The notes below the pieces were generated by a model. That model searched no databases, was not told where the DNA came from, and worked only from the letters and a program-made list of their open reading frames with translations. The position numbers and the translations under genes were made by a program. From the NCBI GenBank assembly GCA_045106895.1, contig JBGCFM010000257.1, forward strand, positions 1 through 32,306: a stretch of 32,306 nucleotides of DNA, in the 5' to 3' direction. Below are positions 25,783 through 32,306 of the stretch, one piece after another (positions within the stretch are counted from its first letter, which is position 1; each line of letters starts with the position of its first letter). This stretch comes from Polyangiales bacterium. Lineage in GTDB: Bacteria > Myxococcota_A > Polyangia > Polyangiales > Houyiibacteriaceae.

Positions 25783-26720
25783 GGATTGACCATGTCCGAT
25801 TCTGCAGGCAGTTCCAGTCGGATGGTGGTTCCTTTTCCAAGCCCCGGCGAGAGCGCCGTCGCTTGCCCTCCCAGGCTGCGCATCAAGGCGCCTACGACGA
25901 AGAGGCCAAGGCCGGTGCCATGGCGTTCGCGTACATCGGTGCTCGTCACACGGAAGAAGCGGTGGAATACACGTTTTAGGTGTTGCGCTTCAAGGCCAAT
26001 CCCTTGGTCTTGGACCTCGATGGTGACGAGTCCCTGATCTGAACGGGCAGCGCGGATAGCGATGGTGGGATCGTCTCCTCCATACTTGATGGCGTTGTCG
26101 ACGAGGTTTCGCATGACCACCGCGAGGGCCGGCGCGTCCGTCGTGAGCACAAGCGCAGGGTCGATATCGATGGAGAAGGCGTCCGGCGTCACCCGCCATC
26201 GCCTCATGGCACCTTCGCAAATCTCATGAACCGCCGGAGCGAGTTCGACGTCGCCAATGTTCAGACTAGTCTCGCCGAGAGATGAAAGGCGTGACGCGTG
26301 AAGGAGGTCGTCGATGAACGCCGCGAGTCGCTCCACATCGCCCAGCATCATGTCACGGAGGGTCTCGCGCTTGTCGCCAGGGAGCTCCCTCCGGCCGAGC
26401 GTCTCAAGTCCGAGTCGAATCGACGCAAGGGGCGAGCGAAGCTCGTGCGTCACCGAGTCGATAAAGCTGTCCTGACGCCGAACTTCGAGAATCTCGCGCA
26501 CCAAGTAGAAGCTGAGCAAGACCAACACGGTCACGATGACGAGGAAGGAGAGCGCGCCGGCAATGAGCAGCCACGTGTCGAGGGTGGCGTCGTCTGCGCT
26601 CGCGAGGTTGCGGGCGATGATAAGCGTCCAGCCCACGAGCAGCGCCACGCTCAAGGGTACGCTGACGGCGCCCATAATAATGGGCGTGGAGATCGATTTG
26701 AGGTTTCGCCGGCGTGCCAT
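25779..26720 (-). CDS. Sensor histidine kinase (2 TM, very short periplasmic loop)
   Basis: FIDSVTHELRSPL H-box, NLVDNAIKY, DQGIG, F.RFFR and GTGLGL. Stop overlaps the regulator start (ATGA). Confidence 0.95.
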   Translation of the reverse strand: MARRRNLKSISTPIIMGAVSVPLSVALLVGWTLIIARNLASADDATLDTWLLIAGALSFLVIVTVLVLLSFYLVREILEVRRQDSFIDSVTHELRSPLASIRLGLETLGRRELPGDKRETLRDMMLGDVERLAAFIDDLLHASRLSSLGETSLNIGDVELAPAVHEICEGAMRRWRVTPDAFSIDIDPALVLTTDAPALAVVMRNLVDNAIKYGGDDPTIAIRAARSDQGLVTIEVQDQGIGLEAQHLKRVFHRFFRVTSTDVRERHGTGLGLFVVGALMRSLGGQATALSPGLGKGTTIRLELPAESDMVNP

Positions 26721-26728
26721 GCGCGTGG

Positions 26729-27349
26729 CTATTGAACCGAGTCGACGCGGGCCGTCAGAGTGAAGGCCCCGTTGGGTCCTGATGCGTCGTCGCGAATAGT
26801 GATGATCGAGGCGGGCGTCGAGATGGCGAAGGACGCGTCGGTGTCGTCCGCCGTCGTGTTGCCATCCTGCCCAGTGATTTGGTTGCCGGGTCCCGGCGTG
26901 CACTGAAAGAAGCCCGCATTAGGGCCGCCATAGAGTAGGCGACCACCGCAGTACACCTGTGCACGACACATGCTCTGGCCCTGCGTGGGTTGTTCCACTT
27001 GGAAGTCGCACTGAGCGCCAGAGGCGACGGGACCGCCGGCGGTCACGTGGGTGACGGTGGCGCGCACGCGGACGTTTGCTCGGGCGGATGGAGGGGGCGG
27101 CGGCAGCGTGGGCTGTTGCGGCTGGGGCGGCTGGAAAGGCTGCGGGATTGGCGGCTGTTGCGGTTGAGCGGGAACGTTCGGGTTCGCGGGCGTCGCAGGA
27201 GCGACGACCACCGGCGCCGCCGGCGCGGCGCCGGGAGACAGGAACATATAGGCGCCCATCCCGGTCACGACGCACAAGCCGCACATGAGCAGCACGCCGC
27301 ACCCCATCAGCGCCATCACCGACCCGTTGCTCTGTCCGTTCTGTTCCAT
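26729..27349 (-). CDS. Hypothetical membrane-anchored protein with Pro/Gln-rich linker and Cys-containing beta domain
   Basis: Cys-containing N-terminal TM helix, PQQP linker and a C-terminal domain with 4 Cys. Confidence 0.7.
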   Translation of the reverse strand: MEQNGQSNGSVMALMGCGVLLMCGLCVVTGMGAYMFLSPGAAPAAPVVVAPATPANPNVPAQPQQPPIPQPFQPPQPQQPTLPPPPPSARANVRVRATVTHVTAGGPVASGAQCDFQVEQPTQGQSMCRAQVYCGGRLLYGGPNAGFFQCTPGPGNQITGQDGNTTADDTDASFAISTPASIITIRDDASGPNGAFTLTARVDSVQ

Positions 27350-27418
27350 AGGGCAAGAGACTAGAGCACATCTCAGAACTACGCACGGTCCCTTGCGCCG
27401 GGGGCGCGCCGACGCACT

Positions 27419-28495
27419 TTAGTAGGCGGTAGGGGGCCAGGCGTCGCCCTGCTGAGGCGCGTAGTTCGTGGCGTTGAGTCGCCGCGAGAAGTCTCCGAGC
27501 TGCCCAAGCTGAGCCGGCGTCATCGTGAAAGATGCGCCACACACGGTCAGCGTGATGACCCGGGCGTTGCCGAGGAGCGTGGCGTTGTTTGACGCCGTTC
27601 GTCCCGAGAGTGTCTCCGCAATGCCGCCGGAGAGCTCCTCACTGTTGTACGCCACGGACATGCGCGCCGCGGCGCCGTCCACCTGCCAAGCAAGCTCGGA
27701 GCACTGCGAGAGCACGGAGTTCGCGCCGCGTCGTTGCAGACGGATGTCCATGGAGTCCATTCCAGGTGTTCCCACCAAGGTCAGAAGAACATCGCTGCCC
27801 AAGTCGACGACCTCCGTGACCTCCGTCGCGGACTGAGCGTCACCGTTTCCGCTTCGTGTGCTCGTGTTTCCACCGCTCGACGCGCTGCCACCGATCCACC
27901 CGGTGAGCGCGACGATGAGACCAATATTCCAGCGGGACTGGCTTTCGCCATCGTCGGCGCCAATGCGGAATCGGTAGTCGAACTCGAGACGAGGGTCGAT
28001 GGAGAAGCTGTCGGCGATGAAGAGGTTGCCGCCCACGCCGAAACGAAAGCCCAAGAAGTTCGCAGAGTCCTTCACGTCGCCAATCTTGGTGGACTCGCCG
28101 CCAAAGAAGAGACCAAGACTGCCGAAGGGTCGAAAGATTCCGCTGTCCGTGAAGCGGTACTCCACCACCGGACCGATCTCCCAGACCAGCGCTGACCGAT
28201 TGTCCGGGTCGACGTGCTGAGTGCCGCGCGCCAAAACGAGGCGACCGCCCAGAAAGAAACTCTCGGAGAGGTTGGCGCCTGCGACCAAGCCCAGCTCTTG
28301 CGAAAGAAGCGAAAACGTGGAGCTGTCGCTCTCAACGTCTATGCCGCCACCACCCTCTGTTGTCGTCCGCTGAAACTGGAAGAAGGTGAGGTCCACGCCT
28401 AGGCGAAACGTCCCATCAAGCGATTGAGCAGAGGCTGCTGTGGGGGCGGAGAGGGCCGCAAATGCAGTGAGAAGAATGAGTGCGAAGCGTTTCAT
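27419..28495 (-). CDS. Outer-membrane beta-barrel protein (OmpA-like TM domain) with an extra C-terminal domain
   Basis: Signal peptide MKRFALILL...ASAQ. Alternating strands (FRLGVDLTF, IGPVVEYRF, RPFGSLGLFF, FRFGVGGNLF, SIDPRLEFDYRF, WNIGLIVALTGW), then a G/S/T linker. Confidence 0.75.
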   Translation of the reverse strand: MKRFALILLTAFAALSAPTAASAQSLDGTFRLGVDLTFFQFQRTTTEGGGGIDVESDSSTFSLLSQELGLVAGANLSESFFLGGRLVLARGTQHVDPDNRSALVWEIGPVVEYRFTDSGIFRPFGSLGLFFGGESTKIGDVKDSANFLGFRFGVGGNLFIADSFSIDPRLEFDYRFRIGADDGESQSRWNIGLIVALTGWIGGSASSGGNTSTRSGNGDAQSATEVTEVVDLGSDVLLTLVGTPGMDSMDIRLQRRGANSVLSQCSELAWQVDGAAARMSVAYNSEELSGGIAETLSGRTASNNATLLGNARVITLTVCGASFTMTPAQLGQLGDFSRRLNATNYAPQQGDAWPPTAY

Positions 28496-28633
28496 GGTGG
28501 GTTCCGTGCGCGTCCGAGGACAGACGAGCGCCGCCAATGAGCGGGCTCCGTCGCTGTTACGCGCCCACGCCTACGATCTTCCCCCGACGGGAGCAACCCC
28601 AGGAGACGAAGGGCGAGATGAACGCCACGACGT

Positions 28634-29500
28634 CTAGTAGGAGGCCGCGGAAAGAAGGCGCGACAGGTTCGCCTGCTCCCAAACTTCCGACGCGGCGTGG
28701 CTCGGAAAGAGCCGTTCCCGTCGGCGAAACTCGGGCGTGTGAAAGCTGGTGCGCTTGGCTCCACGCTCGGGTGGGAGCACATGATGAAGCATCTCGTGGA
28801 AGATGACGGCTTCGACGTAGAACGCCGGCACCCACTCGTTGTCGAGGACGGGATGAACGCGAATCAGCTGCTCGGCGAGGGTGTACGTGCCGAGGCGGAT
28901 CGAACGCTGCTTCGCCCGCGTCGAACGTCGTCCCCAGGTGATGCGTACGCCCTCAAGTTCGCCGGAGAAGTGCTGCTGTTCGATGGCCGCGAACATGTGC
29001 CCCAGATCGTGGTGGGTGCCCTTCGTTCGAATCGAAATACGCCGCTGCCGGTGGCGGATGGTGCTTCGTTTGGCGTCGATAAAACCGTCGATGACGCGAC
29101 CCGCTCGGCGGTCTCGATTCGCCAGGTATCCGTGAAGCGCCGCGATGACGTTCTCCGGGGCGTCGAGGAACATGCGGTGGAGCCGAAGGTCGAGGCGCCC
29201 GTTCTTTCGACCGCCGGACACCATGGTGCGCCGGTTATCGGTGACCGTTAGACGAACCGCTTCGCCGAAACGAGCGGCGAGGTTCGCGGTTAGCTCTTCC
29301 GCCGAGCGCTGGATCGCTTCGCTGACGCCGGGCGCGGCCTGAACAACGACGGCGGCGGGCGCATGTTCTTGCGTGCGTTCGTCGTTGCGTTCGTCGAGAC
29401 GAGGGCGGGGCTTTTGCGGCGTGGGGCGACGGCGCGGCGAGACCGGCGGACGCGACTCCGGAGCGAAACCCCCAAAGGGCAGTGCGAGCTGCTCAGCCAC
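28634..29500 (-). CDS. SprT-like/YgjP-like HExxH zinc metalloprotease with N-terminal QLALPF motif
   Basis: ITWGRR...IRLGTY....IRVHPVLD...VP.FYV..VIFHEMLH...FHTPEF (three Zn ligands). GTG start supported by TGCTACGAG 6 nt upstream. Confidence 0.8.
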   Translation of the reverse strand: MAEQLALPFGGFAPESRPPVSPRRRPTPQKPRPRLDERNDERTQEHAPAAVVVQAAPGVSEAIQRSAEELTANLAARFGEAVRLTVTDNRRTMVSGGRKNGRLDLRLHRMFLDAPENVIAALHGYLANRDRRAGRVIDGFIDAKRSTIRHRQRRISIRTKGTHHDLGHMFAAIEQQHFSGELEGVRITWGRRSTRAKQRSIRLGTYTLAEQLIRVHPVLDNEWVPAFYVEAVIFHEMLHHVLPPERGAKRTSFHTPEFRRRERLFPSHAASEVWEQANLSRLLSAASY

Positions 29501-29534
29501 GCGTCACTCGTAGCAGCTGGCGCCGGCGATTGCA

Positions 29535-30638
29535 TCATTCCTGCAGTGACTCGGCGGCGGACAGCCATCGCGCGGAGAGCCGGGAGAGCCTCGGACCCGT
29601 GGATAGCGGCAGTGGCGCCGTTGATTTCGTGGACCAAAACAAAAGCGGCTCCGCGCTGGTTTCAGCGCGCTGAAGAAACGCTGCGGCGGCCTTTGCGCTG
29701 TAGGTGGTGTCGAGTTCGATCCCTGCGTGTTGGCGAAACCGAGCAAGTGCCGCGCGTCCTCCCTCGGTTGCGAGTCCGTACCCCGGACCTAGCTGTGACC
29801 CATCGACGACGAGGTGCGCGCCCAGATCTTCGCGACGGCACTGCCAGTCTTCGTCGCTTCTCGCTGCGAGCTCCAGTCCAGCGCGAAAAGCGAGGTCGAC
29901 GATGCGACGTTTGGATGTGATCGGCCATGGCGTGACGCGCACCGCGACGAGTTTTGGCGTTCGTTTCAGGAGCCCGCGGCGCGTCGCGAGTACAAGCCCA
30001 CACAGAAGTCCCGCCGCTGTACACGTGGAACCGGCGCCAACGAAGATCTCCGCTGGGCAGGGCAACTCGCCGGCTTCGATTTGAAGCGCAAGTTCGAACC
30101 CTGCGGACACATACGCGAGGGCGCCGCGCGGCGTGGCTCCTCCTGGCACCATCCAGTAGACGGACTCACCGCGAAGCCAAAGCGACGCGTGACGCAGCGC
30201 TGCTGCCGCTGGAAGCGCCGACCAGTGCGGGGCCACAAAGGGTTCACAATGACTTGCGAGAACCTTCAGGTTGGAAGCCGCCGCATGGCTTGCAGGTTGC
30301 GGGTAGATGGTCGTCCCGGCTTCAAGTCCAACGCGGGGCGCATGAAGGGCCGTTGCGACGCCATGGTTGGTTCCAAAGGCGCCCGTCGCTTCAATGTGCG
30401 TCGCGCCCGCTTCGAGGGCTTCGCCGAATAGGAATTCCAAACAACGGACCTTGTTACCTCCGTAGATGGGTGAACTTAGGTCATCGCGCTTGATGTAGAG
30501 ATCCGAGCGCGAGCCCGTCGACGCCATGAGGGCGGGTTCATGCGTGACGGGAGTAGGCCACACGCCAAGGGAGACCACCGGCGCACGGAGGCTTGGCGCA
30601 ACGTCGAATATTGGCAGCTCCCGAACAAACGACGCCAT
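29535..30638 (-). CDS. PLP-dependent enzyme, D-cysteine desulfhydrase/ACC deaminase family
   Basis: LG.WPTPV, LYIKRDDL...YGGNKVR.LEFL, TNH, PGG, GSTCTAAGL, G.GYG and LDTTYSAK. Confidence 0.88.
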   Translation of the reverse strand: MASFVRELPIFDVAPSLRAPVVSLGVWPTPVTHEPALMASTGSRSDLYIKRDDLSSPIYGGNKVRCLEFLFGEALEAGATHIEATGAFGTNHGVATALHAPRVGLEAGTTIYPQPASHAAASNLKVLASHCEPFVAPHWSALPAAAALRHASLWLRGESVYWMVPGGATPRGALAYVSAGFELALQIEAGELPCPAEIFVGAGSTCTAAGLLCGLVLATRRGLLKRTPKLVAVRVTPWPITSKRRIVDLAFRAGLELAARSDEDWQCRREDLGAHLVVDGSQLGPGYGLATEGGRAALARFRQHAGIELDTTYSAKAAAAFLQRAETSAEPLLFWSTKSTAPLPLSTGPRLSRLSARWLSAAESLQE

Positions 30639-30651
30639 GACCCGGCAGCCC

Positions 30652-32306
30652 TCAGCCTTCTTGTGTTGGTAGTTGGTCGTCGACTTCGACTTCCACGCCG
30701 GCCATCTGAAGAAGCCGAAGCGCGTTGGATGTCCTCACCACGCCATCGCGGAGCTTGTAGTCGAAGAGCATCTCATCGTCCTTCATCACGTCCGTGAAGT
30801 GAACGTTCTCGATGCGTCCAGGATGCTCTTCTTCCATCTTGGACAGCGCGATATCGTGCGTGGCGGTGAGACCACTGGCGCCACGGCCGAGCAAGTGCAT
30901 CAGCACGGCGCGCGCACCCAAGTGGCGAGCGCGTGCGTTGGTTCCGCGCAAGAGCTCGTCCAAGAGAAAGAACACCGGGGGCTCGTTCTCTGCTCCGCCG
31001 ACAACGGAGCGAAGCTTGGCGAGCTCCGCATGGAAATAGCTCGCGCCCTGCTGGAGCGAGTCGTCCACTCGCATCGACGCGCGAAGCCGAAGCGAGCTCA
31101 AGCGCAGTTTGCCCGCCACGACCGGCCCCCCGGCGAAGGCGAGGGCGATGTTCAGGCCGACGCTACGAAGCAGCGTCGACTTTCCCGCCATGTTGCTGCC
31201 GGTGACGATGAGCGCGGAGCCGACGTCCGGAAGTCGCACATCGTTCGTGACGCGATTCTCTGCCGGGAGAAGTGGGTGGGCCAAGCCTTCCGCGAGAAAC
31301 GCGACGGGCTCATCGCAGATGTCTGGAAACGTCGCCGAGGGATCGCCGTGATGCAGCGTCGCGAGGCTCGCGAGGGCCTCCAGCTCGCCCAGCGCGTCGA
31401 AGGCTTCCTCGAGACCTTGGCCGACGTCGCTATTCCAGCGCTCCAGCTGAAGCAGAATGTGCAGGTCCCAGAGCACCATCACGTTGACGAAGAAGTGAAT
31501 TGGGAACTGCGTATAAAACTCGGCCAGTCCTGCCCATCGGTCGAGGCGTGCCATGTACTCACTGGGCGCTCTTCCGCCCGCGTGGACGCGCTTTTGAATG
31601 TCGACGAGCAGAGGCGCCTTGAACGTGTGCTTCTCCACGGCGACGAGCATGTTCTTGAGGGATTCCACGTAGCCGCGGCGCGCCGCGACGAGCTGAAACA
31701 CGCCGATGACTCGTCCTGCGAAACCAAAGGCGACGACGGCTTGAAGCCCAAGGAGCCCAGTCGCGATATAGGGCGTCAGCATGCCCATCTGCGAGAGCAC
31801 GAGAGTGGTGATGAAGGCCACGGGCAGAAGAAAGATCACGGGCACCAGGAAGCTGCCGCGGACCAAGGCCTTTTGGCTCGTGAAGGCCAAGAAGGGTCCA
31901 GGGTCCAGTCGCTCTTTGCCTGCGGCGCGCGCACCGAATGCCTCCAGCGACTCCCGAAAGTTGTCTGCCGCGGACAACTCGATGACGGCCTCTTGTCGCT
32001 GTCGAACGTCTTCGGGGCTCGCAGCGCGGGAGAGCCAGAGGCTCAACGTGTGTTCTCCGCTCACGGTGTGGGTGACGTCGATGCGTTGGCAAAGGGAGTT
32101 CTCCCCGACGAGATCGATGTCGTGTGCGTAGGGATGTCCCGGTGGCACCTTGCCGGCGGCGGGCAACTCCGTGAAGCGGCCCGTCAGGCGGAGCACATGG
32201 CGTCCGTGAACGTCGGCCCGCCGCTCCTTCTCTTCCCGTGCGCTTTCGACGCGCGAATGAACGAAGAGCAAGAATACGAACACCAGGATACACAGCGCGC
32301 CGGCGA
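30652..32306 (-). CDS. MutS-related ATPase (domain V) with N-terminal TM segments; 5'-truncated by the window edge
   Basis: HPY..DIDL.G..SL.Q, HPLL, ITGSNMAGKST-type Walker A (VTGSNMAGKST), S.FHAEL, LLDELLRGTN and ATHD. Hydrophobic helices lie upstream and the frame is open to the window end. Confidence 0.88.
   Translation of the reverse strand, partial: AGALCILVFVFLLFVHSRVESAREEKERRADVHGRHVLRLTGRFTELPAAGKVPPGHPYAHDIDLVGENSLCQRIDVTHTVSGEHTLSLWLSRAASPEDVRQRQEAVIELSAADNFRESLEAFGARAAGKERLDPGPFLAFTSQKALVRGSFLVPVIFLLPVAFITTLVLSQMGMLTPYIATGLLGLQAVVAFGFAGRVIGVFQLVAARRGYVESLKNMLVAVEKHTFKAPLLVDIQKRVHAGGRAPSEYMARLDRWAGLAEFYTQFPIHFFVNVMVLWDLHILLQLERWNSDVGQGLEEAFDALGELEALASLATLHHGDPSATFPDICDEPVAFLAEGLAHPLLPAENRVTNDVRLPDVGSALIVTGSNMAGKSTLLRSVGLNIALAFAGGPVVAGKLRLSSLRLRASMRVDDSLQQGASYFHAELAKLRSVVGGAENEPPVFFLLDELLRGTNARARHLGARAVLMHLLGRGASGLTATHDIALSKMEEEHPGRIENVHFTDVMKDDEMLFDYKLRDGVVRTSNALRLLQMAGVEVEVDDQLPTQEG

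Noticed and set aside
8023..26903. N-terminal extensions in the ORF track (amt from 8023, sulfatase from 11966, HDOD from 16796, DprE1-like from 19447, def from 25280, kinase from 26903)
   Set aside because: They overlap neighbouring genes; downstream starts have an RBS, a -10 element or translational coupling and match family N-termini.
4021..30431. Long antisense or alternate-frame ORFs (e.g. 4021-5178, 8041-9288, 10021-10944, 12077-13018, 19368-20495, 20652-21599, 24252-25160)
   Set aside because: They shadow well-supported genes, lack family motifs, and are a normal by-product of high-GC codon usage.
29535..30638. ACC deaminase (acdS) call
   Set aside because: Lacks the diagnostic Glu (has YSAK) and Leu of true ACC deaminases.

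Overview
GC-rich, gene-dense bacterial chromosomal segment. It is most likely Myxococcota, Polyangiales/Sandaracinus-like; this is inferred from two MYXO-CTERM proteins, many Cys-Gly-Asp-Asp lipoproteins with DAG-rich linkers and an ANDNALALAA tmRNA tag. It holds ssrA (tmRNA, 1890-2246, with terminator) and about 33 CDS. These include two PL1 pectate-lyase-like proteins, an AraC / tandem-ABM lipoprotein / VOC unit, amt, a YHYH + sulfatase pair, DUF4349, a RibD-C/DHFR-like protein, sspB, a pentapeptide-repeat K+ channel + HDOD, a DprE1-like oxidase, PP2C-cNMP, GT2, GT4, lolA, DUF465, MOSC, def, an OmpR/HK pair, a beta-barrel OMP, a SprT/YgjP-like metalloprotease, a DcyD-like PLP enzyme and a membrane MutS-domain-V ATPase. 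No CRISPR array, integrase, transposase or reverse transcriptase was seen. The most notable signals not explained by the gene list are: (1) an Hda-type sliding-clamp motif (QLALPF) at the N-terminus of the SprT-like protease, a candidate bacterial SPRTN analogue; (2) a 45-bp fossil just downstream of ssrA that re-encodes the C-terminus of the gene at 6163-6996 with only synonymous differences; (3) a -10 hexamer 6-7 nt before many start codons, suggesting widespread leaderless transcripts; (4) a GlnR-box-like 11-bp-period repeat upstream of amt; (5) an AraC-type 21-bp-period direct repeat and shared ECF-like promoters. All calls come from reading motifs by eye; no database searches were run.
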